Shown here piece after piece: positions 1 through 12,225 of a stretch of DNA of 64,000 nucleotides (positions are counted from its first letter, which is position 1; each line of letters begins with the position of its first letter). The stretch is from Harriotta raleighana (lineage: Eukaryota). A model generated the notes under the pieces. It saw only the letters and a program-made list of their open reading frames with translations, did no database searches and was not told the origin of the DNA. The stretch lies in NCBI GenBank assembly GCA_050575255.1, contig JBNZDD010013686.1:2299155-2363154 (forward strand), written 5' to 3'. Both the position numbers and the translations under genes were made by a program.

Positions 1-299
1 AAAGACTGTAAACCAATCCATTTGGGTATTCGACTTTGATAGAAATAATAGCTCCCCACAGACTGTCAGCCAGGCAATGGCATTGGAGTACAGTTGTTCA
101 ATCCAGAACATTCATGGGAAGAAGAAAGGGAAGATAGACTCCTGAATCAAAGTAAGGAATACATGTATCAAATTCCAATAAAAGTTCAGAAGTTCGAAAG
201 CAAAAGTATATTTTCCTTCGGATTTTTGGTTTTATTTTGTGAACATAAAGAATAGGACAATTGGCTAGGCTCTACTATCTCGCCTTTTAAAAAATAATT

Positions 300-592
300 T
301 AATTTAGTAAAGGGGTTAAAGGAGTAGGTAATGCCGTCCAACATATTGAGAACTCCTGGAATGCCTTGTACTCTCTCTGATCAGTTATAGGAAGCAGATG
401 CAGAGATTGGATTATCTGATGGGCACCAAGACAATAAAACAAGAGAACATAGGTTCAGAGCTGCAAACAGATACCCTGAGTTTCAGGACAGATACCCAGA
501 GTTTACTTGGAAGGGTGGGTATTCTGGAAGGATGAGATCAGGTGAGCCAATGGACCATCTTCATCCAAACTAATTTTGCAATGTCTTAATGA
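300..592 (+). mobile_element. Highly decayed CR1-like LINE 3' fragment
   Basis: TGGAATGCCTTG (WNAL-like) near 357 and a 3'-UTR-like end GATCAGGTGAGCCAATGGACCATCTTCATCC...CAATGTCTTAATG; weak similarity only. Confidence 0.35.
467..504. repeat. 21-bp tandem duplication
   Basis: ACAGATACCCTGAGTTTCAGG followed by ACAGATACCCAGAGTTT. Confidence 0.85.
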
Positions 593-680
593 AGCAATGA
601 CCCTAATAATGCTACTCAGTCATTGATGTTAGACTGATGTCCACAGAAATAGCTTCTAGACTCTGTAAGGTGTCGGTGCC

Positions 681-755
681 AACAACAACAACTCATACTT
701 ACATACTGCCATCCACACAGGATAATGAATTTACATAGTGCTCTCCACACACGAT
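681..755 (-). mobile_element. L2 3' tail-only fragment with internal duplication
   Basis: (AAC)n tail, then TTACATACTGCCATCCACACAGGAT repeated as TTACATAGTGCTCTCCACACACGAT. Confidence 0.55.
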
Positions 756-925
756 TCAAGACCCTGCTCTTCGATGGTGCCATCGATCACCCCAAATCCC
801 CTCCTTTTCCTCCACCCTCCCCATCACTAACCCCAGCACGCGTCTGAAACAATGACTGTCCAGCTCCTTGGGAAATCCTCCTGATGTAAAAGACGCTGTA
901 CACGTGTCATTTATTTGTTGATGTT
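750..925 (+). mobile_element. L2 LINE 3' end
   Basis: TCAAGACCCTGCTCTTC (KTLLF-like ORF2 end), C-rich UTR, GACTGTCCAGCTCCTTGGGAAATCCTCCTGATGTAAAAGACGCT and TTGTTG tail; matches the younger copy at 59676-59825. Confidence 0.75.
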
Positions 926-1359
926 GGGAGCATCTCGGAGAGCTTAAAAAGTGCCACAGTGGATCAATATTGCTGCCGCTTTGATTAGCACAAGCAGGAA
1001 CTATTTCCTAAGTGCTTCTTACTTAGGTCACACATCATAAACTAGTCACATGTATACTCACGATGAAAGCGATTGTCAGCCTATGAAGTTCATTCTCTGT
1101 CTGATAGCTTCTTTGTATTTATGAATTCAACATTGACCCAAGTTTGGAACATAAACCTGATAATAATCTAATTAGTTTTTAATTATATTTTGGGGTCATT
1201 TGTATGCTACACTCCCATGATATTCAATGGGAGAAAGTGTTGACATGAGTTCTTCCTACCTACACTGCTTCACCCTACACACACACTAATTCTATTCTTC
1301 ATTTCACTTAGAACATGTTCACTTTGTACAAAAAACAAATGCTAAGTAGTGAAGATTTC

Positions 1360-1450
1360 TTTAGATGAGACATTAAACCACTCCCATCAATTTGTTCAGG
1401 TGGTGTTTGAAAAGAGAAAGCTATTCCTTCCAGTGGAGTGGCCAATAATC
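1360..1450 (+). mobile_element. Decayed DeuSINE core fragment
   Basis: GATGAGACATTAAACC...TTCAGGTGG...TTTGAAAAGAG resembles the Deu domain also seen at 19570-19650 and 39255-39300. Confidence 0.4.
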
Positions 1451-2248
1451 TTGGATCTAGTTATGCTGCAGATACTCTGAATACTATCTCAGATTTGCGT
1501 CTAGGTCATGAAGCTTGATGTTGAGAGACAGAAGCCTTTCTAAAACACACTTAGTTTATGATAGATAGATGACAAATGAGTGTTTATTTAATTTATATGA
1601 TTAATTCTAAGGGAAAGATTGGGAAGGATTGAAACACTGTTCGTTGAATAAGTTCGTTATAAATTGTCACATACTGGCTTCCATGTGTGTCCTTTAATCT
1701 GACTATTTAAAGATTGATGTTTCAGTGGTGTTGTGTTCCCACTCTGTAAAGCCGATTCATAGCAGAAATATTACTGCACTGTTCTTTGTTACAAGACTTT
1801 GGTAAACCTCAGAAGAGGTTATGAAAATATTGAGTCCCAGAACCCCGAGCAGTATAGAATGCTATTAATCTGTTTTCCCTCATTGCACACCACATGCAGT
1901 CTCTAGACCTTCATCACTGCATGAGTGCAAATTTATTATATTAGGGATAGAAGTTATTCACTGTGAAATACCATCAGAGTCGTTTATCTAGTCAAATGTC
2001 GAACAGGTTCAGATTTCAAAAGGATCATGATAAACAATTCTTTGTTAAACTTCTGTGGTTGATAAATTCAAGTCATTTTATATTTTTCTGACATTTTTAC
2101 GATTTTTGGAACCACCCTTCCTTGTTCAGAAGGATTTGCTATTGCAAAACAGATCTCTACTGTATCCATTCTCGTGGCTAAATTTTTTTTAAAAGATTTC
2201 TTTCCTCATGGCTCTTTCTGTAATCTCTAACCATTCTACTTTATCCTT

Positions 2249-2295
2249 CAACAACATCAACAACTTTCATTTATATACCGAGCCACAAAGTGCTC
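2249..2295 (-). mobile_element. L2 tail-only fragment
   Basis: CAACAACATCAACAACTTTCATTTATATA...AAAGTGCTC. Confidence 0.5.
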
Positions 2296-3583
2296 AATCT
2301 TCAGGGAGGAAGAAAGAATGACACGAGCTGTAATCTTTCTCAGGATCACTATTAAGCATATTTAATAATTGCCTAATAGAAAGTCACTTCAATAGACATT
2401 TCCTTTCCCAAGCATAAGTGCTCTGCCCCTGTGTGGTTGTCCATATCATTTAAGAGCCCAGCAAAGAACCCATGAAAGAAGCTTAGAATCGATTTGAATT
2501 CATTCAAATTTGGGAGACCAGTAATCAAAAGCTTGAATTACCCTCTCCTTCCAATTCCGTGTGACTCATTAATATTCCGCTGATACTTATAGCTCAAATA
2601 CAAGTCCTATTTGGTTTGGTTTGGGTCAGTGTTTGTGGTTCACTTCAAGTACCGGAAAGTAGTAAATGAGCTGGCCCAATGCATCCTCTGACTTTTTTCT
2701 AATTGATAGCAAAACACCACAGGAGATTTGCATCATGTGTTTGTAGCAGTCTGATGCTAATCTTCTGCTTCATGGCCCCAACTCAACTTCAAGGTCAAGT
2801 AGGAGAATACATTGGAACAAATAACTGCATCATTTAAAATTAATTGCTCATTGTGATTCAACTAAAAATTCACAACTAATATCAATCAATGTGCCTGCCA
2901 ACTATTATTTTATGTCAGAATACCTTTGTGAAGGAAGGGATACCAACAGGATTTTAAAAAAATAAACAAAGAACCATCTGAAAATGTTGCAGAAAATTCC
3001 AAGTCACATATTGGGTCACTGAATCTAACTAAAATAATATGGACTGATATGTTGCACAGCATGGTATGGCTGTATTTGCAGACTGCTGCAGTTTAATGTC
3101 ACATACTTCAGAATTGCTGACTGTTCAACAAATCTAAAATGCACAAATCTGCACAAGTCGTTGAATGTGAAATTATTTGTTTGGTAACTAGAAATGTATT
3201 AGCGAAACTTTACAATTAATTTTTTTTGCTGTTTTGCAGTGGCGAGTGAACTGTTAATAGGTGCAGTAAATCTTCACAAGCAAACATTAGGAATTTACTG
3301 GCAGGGCAGAATCATTGAAACTTACTAATAAAAGTTCCTTACACATTTACTGGAGACAGATTGTGCTGGAATACACATCTGCATAAATAGGGGTTTTGTT
3401 TGTTGCTGAATAAGCGCACACTGTTGGGTAGTTGACCCCATCTATGTGGATTACAGTACCTAATTGCTACCTTTTAATATTAGTGTACTTCCTGTCTGGT
3501 CATTGTCTGAATGCACTCCTTTGTCCCTTTGGAATCTTTTACTAAGAAAAATACCAATTTCAGAGCCTGTTAATTAAATTTTA

Positions 3584-3645
3584 TAACAATAACAACTTAC
3601 ATTTATATAGTGCCCTTCACGCCATACAGTGTCTTGGAACACTTA
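3584..3645 (-). mobile_element. L2 tail-only fragment
   Basis: AACAATAACAACTTACATTTATATAGTGCCCTTCACGCC...GTCTTGGAACACTT. Confidence 0.65.
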
Positions 3646-5917
3646 ATGGATTTTAGATCCATTACTACATTTTGAATTTGTTTTAGCGAAATATCTTGTG
3701 TCTTTTTTTGTAGTTTAGCTAATAAATAGTAAGGGAAGAATAGATCCTAATGGATGAAACAATGCTGCCATCCGTAAGATAAACGTGATACAAACAATGT
3801 TTGTTAAGTATTTAATAACCTTGTTTCCCAGGATTCACACATCTTTTGCTTCCAGAAAACCATGCTGCTTGTTTGCTGCTGACATCCTGGGGGAGTCTGA
3901 TGTCTGGTGTGTACTGTACTTTGACACACAGCGTTTTATTACAAACCGTCACACTAATCAAGAATGCAAATCAAAAGCATTTAAAAGGGCGATGGGAATT
4001 TCCTGCTTATTTGTGGGGTAGTAAACCCGTAGTGGGAGTAAAAGAAGTTGTTAATTGTTTGAAAGCCATCACGCTTCACCTTTGCAAACAATTAGGGCAG
4101 ACGATTTCCTGTGTTGTATTATGAAATAGTTTGTCTTTGTTTTGTGTATTAGGCCTATGACTGTCACTACTCCTGGGGCACTCCATAAGTCTGTGGTGCT
4201 GCATAGAACCACAAGTAATCTCTGTTTTGTACGTTTCACTGTTTTACTCAATGTTATGGTTCATCTCCAGAAATATTCATCATGAAATATCCACTAACCT
4301 ACATAGCTGTGGTTGTAATCTCTTTGAAGTCTGTAGTGAGGCTCAAATTCTGATAATACAAACCACCTGAAAAAGAGGAATTAGCTTTTCAGTCTGTATG
4401 AGGTTGTTATGTTGAGATTTCACACTGCGGATTCTCCATTAATGCAATCTTTGTGAGATTCAATGTACACAATGGGGGAAGGGAGGTGTTATGTGACAGT
4501 TACTCCCAGTGATAATTATCATAACAAATCTTGCTGTAAAATGTAGTGACTGTGAATTTTGGAGGTAATATGACAAAGAAGTATGATTAGGGGAGGTTTG
4601 TAGTACATGGGCCATGGAAAAATGTTCTGTGGTGGAATGATCTTGATGGGACAAATTTCCTTTGTTCCTATGATATTGCACTGTGTTAAATCAGAACATC
4701 TCAAGCTGTTTACCCATTGAATGATTTTATTGATTGATTTCTGGGCCAAGCTTCGGTAAGAAAATGGTATCAGCAAGCTTCAGGAAAGCAATTGGTTGTC
4801 AGGTTAAGGACCACTTGCTTTAGCACATCAAACATAGAAGCTTACATTGTTGTAAATTACTGTTGTCAGCACAGAGTAGATTGTCATAAAATCTAAAATG
4901 ACACGATTATACTGTATGCATGCAAATTTACAGCAACTAAATCAAACAACTGTTCTATTTGTGAGAAAATTGGAACATTTTTTGAAACATTATGGTAAAT
5001 AGTTGCTACAAATAACAGTGCTCACACTTGACATGAGAGAAAGTCATCGAAATGGCTGAAATATTACCAATATTAGCCTGTTGGCACTTTTTACCGACTG
5101 CACCAGTAAAGCATTCAAAATGCACAGTAAGCTTAGACTAGCACCGATGGTACGAGCTATTGCATCAATTACAGAAGATGGGCCTGACAGCTGTAATTAT
5201 ATATCTCTATGGTGATTATATGTCTAGCTTGTCATGGAGACCAGCAAGGCTTCTTCTTTGCACTCATTTAAGCAGTCAGTTGTCAGAGAAAAGTGGCAGA
5301 AGGGAAGCAGTGCTTAAGAGAGAGGTGAATCAAGAATGGAGTAGGAGTATCCAGAATAACCTCAGACAGCTTGTCAGCATACCCAGTGGTATCTTTATTA
5401 ATTACAAAAGAGACGTTTAATAATTGTGTGGAAATGAACTCCAACCCTCAGGTAATCTTTGCATTGTCTGACCTCATTATAATGTCAAATGCCTTTTTGC
5501 TAATTCACAAAATCCATAATTTACTTTCTGAGATTCCGACAGGCACTGATAAAGACATTCGGCCAAATTACAGGCATATAAAATGCCTGATTATACTTAA
5601 ATTCATCCCATTACAACAGAACCATTTGTGATACAGCATTAAATGATGAGAATTTGGAACATCTGCTTCTACTTCACAGAATTGCCTCTGGAAAGATAAT
5701 TGCAACAGTTTTTTTTCCTACAGTTCCTGAACTTTTCCAATTTTGGCTTCTTTCCTATTTTACTTCCTATCCCCCCACCCACCACCCCACCCCATCACCC
5801 TTTTTATCGTGTTCTTTCCCGAAACTGATCACCCAGTAGTAGAGTTCAGTGGACACTGTACTGGTCACTTGCAATAGTAGAGTTCAGTAGGATCTTGCTG
5901 TCCTCTGAAGCCATGAC

Positions 5918-6090
5918 AAAGTGGACATCCTCTTCATTTAAGTCCTGACCATGAATGTTTGCAGACTATTTGATCGTACTGGCATTGCAGCTGATTCTAG
6001 GATCAACAGATGTGCAGCTCTAGCAGTGACCGCTAGATCTTGGTCAGGAACAGGATTCCTGGCTGACTTTGCTTCCCTCTAACCCAGAGG
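5918..6090 (-). mobile_element. Ancient SINE-like repeat, copy 1 (family name uncertain)
   Basis: CCTGACCATGAATGTTTGCAGACTATTTGA is shared with 32046-32077; the minus strand CTGGGTTAGAGGGAAGCAAAGTCAGCCAGGAATCCTGTTCCTGA is shared with 37104-37153. Confidence 0.6.
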
Positions 6091-6758
6091 CATGACTTAC
6101 AATTCTCCTCCCAATCTATAACTTAATAACACTCCCCTTTGAGCTTTAAAAAGCTATAGTAGAAGCATAAGTTAGTGATAGTGACTCCATATAAAATTAT
6201 GGAGCTTACAAGTGACAGAAACTTCAGAATTAACATTAAACTTCCTTTAATGTTAATTCTGATGTTCTTCCAGAATGTTTCATTTGTTTCTCCAAACACT
6301 GCAGCCTTAATTCAGTTTCTCTTTTCTTTAAGCATAGATGTGGATCTTCAGACTAAATAATTGAATTCCATACAGTGAATTCAGATGAAAAGCTGTCTTT
6401 GTTATATTTCTGTTTGAGGCTTTCATTCATTTTGCTTTCCCTGACTGATATCAATGAAGTTTTTCGACACTCTACTGAGTTCCACATTTCTTTAAGACTG
6501 CGCTATATCAAACCACCACATCCCTAGAGAAAGAACAGCGACACTCTGCTGAATTCAGCAGTTCTTTATCTCCCAGTACAACCTGAACAATTCTTTGAAA
6601 TCTAGTTTGTGTGGAATAATACAAATTTACAATGTTTGGTTGTCAGCTGTGCTGGAATACCACATTATGATATTCAATAATAGTGACACGATAATGCTAA
6701 CAGTTTCTCTAATTTTATTACATGCATAGATGTGGATTTTATTGTGTGCTGTCGAATT

Positions 6759-6880
6759 CAACAACAACAACTTGCTTCATACAGCTCACTTTATGCAGGG
6801 TAGCATCTTGGAGCACTTAACAAGTAGTGGAGCTTGAGGGGAGGTGACCATTGGCTTGGTTGAAGATGAAGGTTTTCATC
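6759..6880 (-). mobile_element. L2 3' fragment
   Basis: (CAA)n tail, CTTGGAGCACTT stem remnant, purine-rich UTR complement. Confidence 0.55.
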
Positions 6881-6904
6881 TGAACGCCTTATGTAATCGT
6901 CCTA

Positions 6905-6965
6905 ATTTTGGACACACCAGATAGACCACAATGGCCTATTCCAGTCCTTCATATTCCTACATTCT
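6905..6965 (+). mobile_element. CR1 3' UTR remnant
   Basis: CACACCAGATAGACCACAATGGCCTATTCC...ATTCCTACATTCT resembles the CR1 3' ends elsewhere in the window. Confidence 0.4.
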
Positions 6966-7364
6966 GTGTGTTTCATGTTAATGTCCTTTGCTGCCTATCG
7001 TATTTTCAAATCGCAGTGTTTTGTAATTAAGCTATTTAATAAGGAATACACAAATGCCATCGGGAGACAAGTTAAATTTCTTAAACTCTTATTTCTATAC
7101 TTAATTAAGAAGAAGAAATCAGTTTTAGTTGGAATTCCCTTGTAGGTTCCAATTAAATGTGATGTAACGAATTCTGAATGTTTCTGACTTGATGCATTCA
7201 CTTTACTGTTCCTTAATTATATGATTGCCATATGATTTAATACAGCAGAGTACAGCAGCATTGTGTTACTTGGAAATGCTCAACATAAAATTTCTAGTCG
7301 TTCTTGATAAAAACATATTCATCTAATCTATTATGTTTTGTGGAAATGGCAATGACATTTATAT

Positions 7365-7590
7365 ACAATAACAATATTTGTATTATATAACACCCTTCAT
7401 GTTATATGACAGGGTGAGAGTTCCAAAGTTTTGGGGTGTAGTGGCTGAAAGCTTGGCTGCTGATCGTATTGTGGATGGGTTGAGGGATACGCAGGAGGCC
7501 AAAGCCAGACAAGGTGGTATGGGGTGTAAGCAGATCAGAGAGATAGGGAGGCATAAGGGGATTTGTAGACGAGTGTGAGGATCTTAAAGC
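7365..7590 (-). mobile_element. L2 3' fragment with internal deletion
   Basis: Tail plus GAGTTCCAAAG (LWNS), GGCTGAAAGC (AFS) and TGAGGATCTTAAA (FKIL) on the minus strand; homologous to 34388-34880. Confidence 0.7.
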
Positions 7591-7724
7591 TGGCCTTGTG
7601 TTATACAGCTCATATTAATCATCTACGAGGGAGTTGCTGAGTTCCTCTAGGGATTGAGTTAAATCTTGCGATTCTGAATCTTTATTTTTGTCAATAGATT
7701 GTGTTGTGCCTAACGTCTGTGCTT

Positions 7725-7795
7725 AATTGTCCGATGCCTTGGGACATCCTCCCAAAGTGAAAGGTACTCTACCAATGTAATTCTGTTGTTGTTGT
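7725..7795 (+). mobile_element. L2 tail-only fragment
   Basis: TGCCTTGGGACATCCTCCCAAAGTGAAAGGTACTCT...TGTAATTCTGTTGTTGTTG. Confidence 0.75.
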
Positions 7796-10189
7796 GTGTT
7801 ATTATTGCCAGGAAAAAAAATACAGCATCATAAACATGTCACACAGTGAAAAAAAATCTCACATAAGAGTTTGTCACGTAATTAACATAAACACAACAGA
7901 TGACTATACCCAGAGCATGAAAGAAAAGACATCATCAGTTAAGCATTGCGAGCATTCTTTTGGTGATTAGCAGCAGCTGCTAATTGTTTTTAACATTTAA
8001 CACATGACTGACCAGGAAATTAGCTGCTGTCTCACACATTCAGCCAGTTGCAGTGGGACAGACTCGTATTTCCTTATTGATTTTCTTAACTTGGCCCATT
8101 TTGCCCTTATCCAGTTTCTTCAAAGATTCTGCTCTTATGGCACATACCTCTCAGCATGCAGTGTGCTCTGGTATGCTTTTATATAAGTTACTGTTCATAA
8201 TGTGCTGCTGTGTAAATCTGGGGTAAATACTTTATGGAAAATATATCAATGCATATTTTTCTAGACAATGAATAAATACCCCAGCATTGATGCCACACTT
8301 CTACTGCAAACAAAAAAGACATCTTTTGAAAGCATATTTAAATATGAGTTAATTGTAGATAATAATAAATGCTCTTTGGTTTGTGGATATTTCTGACTAC
8401 CTTACACCGTTAAGTCTTTAAAATCAATTATTTTTGTAAATGTTGAACAAAATAAAAATGTGTTAACTTTGAAAGCCTAACATTTTGTTTTAGTGCTTGG
8501 CGGAAATGCCCTCTATATTCCATCTGAGGAACTCACACATTCCTTTGAAACGCTCAAATGAAGTTGATTTTGAAAAAAAATTGTAAGAATCAGATAGTTT
8601 AAAAACCTTTAACTTAAGCTGCAATGCAAAGTTGACCACTCTTTATAGTATAATTTACTTTCAAGCTGTATTGTAAAGTGAAATATTTCCCAGCATCACT
8701 TTTTGTAGTTATAAATAATTATGTTCTTAACTTTCTTGTTCAGAATTCAGAATAATTCATTTATCACCCTGTATTATCTGTCTGGAAAGCTGTTGTGTTA
8801 TGAAAAGCCCTGAGGTTCGAGCAGTGTATTATAAGTGTCTAGGGCTGGGTGAAGCATTGCCTCACAAGTCTTTGATTGCTGTTACACAGAGAACCAAATG
8901 GGTGGTACTTTCTTTTTGCCACCTTTGTCAGCAAAGAGAATAGCATTTGGCTTTCCCCAAACATCTCTGATGTGATGGGGGCTGGTTCAAACAAAATGGG
9001 GTAATGGTGCTTAAGAATAACTGACATGTACTTGTTAAATGAGACATAGAAACAAGAGGTTTCACTTTCTCTTTTATGTCCTGTCATTTTATACGGGTTG
9101 TTTCTTTAAACAGTTTTGCTTCCTCCCCCCACATGAATTGGTAACTAACGTTTTAAGAATATTTCTCTCTTACAGAGCAATTACCAACCTATAAACACAC
9201 CTATACTTTGTATGTGTAAACAAGAACTGAATGTACTATTAAATCCCTTCGGTCTATGAAGCTTGAAGAAAGATATAATACGGGTCACTTGTGCATGTCA
9301 CATAAACATGCTGTTTACATAGAAAAGGCTGGTTTGAGCACCAATTCATTCAAATGAAACCACACTCGATGGTATGAATTGTGTGCATCTGTGAGTGTGT
9401 AATTAAGGAGAAAGGTTTTACTGTTCTTTCTGCCTGGTAAAAAAAACTCTGAATGTCAATTTAGCTGAATCCAATTCAGGTTTAAGAATGATTAGTTTAA
9501 ATCCTCAGTTATATAAGCAATGATTACTTAATCACTCTTTTACCATTTTGTAGCTTTCAAAACTTTTCAGTCGCCTATCACCCATCATTTTTCTACTTTT
9601 GTGTAATACTTTATTCATCAGTGTTAAATTTAATTTAGCAGATGTCTGTCCAATTGTATAACTAATCTAAAAAAATTTTTTGCAAATCTTTCGTCTGCTC
9701 TTCTCCCCATATTGTATCAGCAGCACATTTTCAATTATAACATAGAAATGTGTTCTTGAACAACCATGATTGTTTTAAATGAAAAGTGACATGAAGTACA
9801 CCCTTCCTTTCTCACTCACCCCCATCAGTATTGTGTGTTCTGTCATAGCTTCCAGATTTTGCAACAACAGCCAGATGCATTGTTCGAAACATCATAAACT
9901 GTCATAGCGTTAATGCTAGTCATTTTTCTTTATAATTTCTTCAAAAAATGCAGGTGCTTTACACATAACTACAATACAACAACAAATAATCTACAATACT
10001 TTATTACCTACTCTAAAATATTTTCAGAAGTACACTTACACAATAAAAAGCAAGGCAGAATTTTTTTTCTTGCATTCATATTCCTTCAAGATAAACTTTT
10101 GCATTTTGTGCAAGTGCTTTTGTGGACATTTTACAAAAGCAATTTGGACATAGAATTCCTGTTGTCTCATTTAATCTCACCCTTAATAT

Positions 10190-10447
10190 CAATCCCACCA
10201 TCTTCCAATTATAGGGTCATGTGGTTTCTTAAATGAGCCCAATGTCCTGACCTCAAAAAGTTTTTCTGGTATTCTTTCCAGATGTTTGTTACCCTTATTT
10301 CCTGGTGTCTGCCCTCAATTTCCCCATCAATACTCTGATCTTGTGGTGCGTTGGTCCATCTGAAAGTTTCATTCCAGCTTTAGTTTCTTGATTTAGTTAG
10401 AATCTCATTTACCTCTTATAAAATCTCTCTTCATGTCTGAAGAGCCC
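10190..10447 (-). mobile_element. Decayed CR1 ORF2 3' fragment
   Basis: CTTAAATGAG..., TTCCAGATGTTTGTTACCCT (RVTNIW on the minus strand), CTTATAAAATCTCTCTTC; weak. Confidence 0.4.
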
Positions 10448-10565
10448 TAGTGTATCCAGGTGTTCCCACTTAGCCTGGGACGATAGAAAAATGCGGAAAT
10501 ATTTGCTAAAAATATTTGGGGGAAATTTTAAAATTTTCCGGAAAATCTCAGAGAGTTGATTGGTG
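10448..10565. mobile_element. Possible hAT (Blackjack/MER94-like) non-autonomous remnant
   Basis: TAGTGTATCCAGGTGTTCCCACTTAGCCTGGGAC and CCGGAAAATCTCAGAGAGTTG resemble TAGGGTGACC...CCCGGGAC-type termini (recalled from memory). Confidence 0.3.
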
Positions 10566-11461
10566 CGATTGAGTTACATTTCCTGTGCTGGCACAGCTGT
10601 TCTTGGCTTGAATATGCATTGAGGTCATGATAGCTTATCCCCCTACTTTCGTTTGTACTATTTAAAGAGCTCCTTATGTTATGGTGACCGGAACTGTAAC
10701 TCATCATTTCTGACTTGTCTTAGATTAGCTGTCTTAGCTAAGAGGGAGTCACACATCTGACTAGTTTGACAAGAAAATGATATCAAAGAATTATAGATGT
10801 GTGGAAATATTGTACAAAAAGTGACAGGCACAAAACATGACAAGTAGTGGGAAAGGGACAAAATTGACAAAAATACCGAGGTATTTAAAGTTGTATCAGC
10901 TCACCCATTTTTGTTATGTGAATAGCAAAGTATCTTGAAAAATACAGTAGACTTTTCAAGATAAACAAGTTTGGGAACAATCCACCAATATTCTGCCCTT
11001 TCTTTTATTTTTAGCTGTTTCTGTAGTTTTAGATGACATGGAATACAATTATGTTAGCACATTGCAGAACATAAAGTCACAGCAGCAACGAACAGATATT
11101 AAAACCTGATGGATGAATGGGGATAGAAAGGATAATTTCTCCCATTACAATAGCAGACCAAAATGTTTAGCATCATAACACTTTTTAAAAATTTGTATCT
11201 TTAAATGTATTTGCACATTGCTAATTCTCTTCTCTAATATAACTTTTCTCTTTGTCTCTCACATCTCCTTTTGTAAAACAAGCTGCTAACTGTTGAATCA
11301 CCTTGCCAGGTACAGTACTTTGATGTCAAAAGAACCTTGAACAATTCTGCAGGATCTCGTTATCATTCCATGAAATGTATTGGAAGATGTTACATACACT
11401 GCAGCCTGCTGTCTGACTAGTAACAACCAGCTTTTGAAGAACTCTCAACATGTGTACATAA

Positions 11462-11777
11462 TGGAGTCCCTTAGCTCAGTGGTTAGAACACACGCCTTAC
11501 AAGCGTGAAACGTGTGTTTCGAATCCAGGCAGGTCAGGGTGAAACCTTGGGCACGTTTCTTTACTCCACAAGCCTAATAATAATCTGTCCAAAAAAACCC
11601 TATAATAAATTGGTCATTTCAATCCATGACTGTGGGATACCATTGTGCGCAATTGGCTGCTGCATTTCGCCCAAAAATATACAGTCAATTTACTTCACAG
11701 TATATTCTGTGAAGCTCTTTGAGACATCCAGAAGACGTGAAAAGGGCTATATCAAATGTAAGTATTATTATTATTAT
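11462..11777 (+). mobile_element. tRNA-derived SINE, full length
   Basis: A box TAGCTCAGTGG, B-box-like GTTTCGAATCC, Deu-like core TTGGTCATTTCAATCCATGACTG...GTGCGCAATTGGCTGC, L2-like stem-loop and (TTA)n tail. Confidence 0.95.
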
Positions 11778-11915
11778 GAAAAGTACTTCACTATCATCAG
11801 ACACTTAAATATATTTTGGTAAAACTCACTAAAAAGTTAAAATTGTCTAGTCCAGTCCCTCTTCCTCTGCTCCTTTGGTCGGTAGCTGCCTCCGTGTTAG
11901 TGAAGCACTCTTGTT

Positions 11916-12225
11916 ATAATAATAATAATCCTTGCATTTAATATAGGGATTTTCACATCTACTAGATGTCTCAAAGGGCTTCACAGAATACACTGTAAAG
12001 TGAATTGACTGTATATTTGTGGGCTAAATGCGGCAGCCAATTGCACACAGCAGGATCCCACAAAAAGTCGTGGATTGAAATGACCAATTTTTAAATGGTT
12101 TTTTGTGATTATTAATAGCCATGTGGAGTAACGAAACTTGCCCAAAGATTTGCCCTGCCTGGAATTGAACCCAGGTCTCTTGCTTGTAAGGGGTGTGCTC
12201 TAATCACTGAGCTACACGACTCCAC
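11916..12225 (-). mobile_element. tRNA-derived SINE, full length
   Basis: Reverse complement of the same family, from (TAA)n CCTTGCATTT to CACTGAGCTACACGACTCCAC. Confidence 0.95.

Noticed and set aside
3240-3253. 14-bp match to the reverse complement of the 24.6-kb hairpin loop region
   Set aside because: Several 14-mer matches are expected by chance in 64 kb on two strands
3220-3266. 21-nt microexon after TTTTGCTGTTTTGCAG
   Set aside because: Donor GTGCAG is weak
6486-6501. Perfect 16-bp palindrome CTGCTGAATTCAGCAG (also TGATTACAA/TTGTAATCA at 33012-33034)
   Set aside because: About one such palindrome is expected by chance in this length
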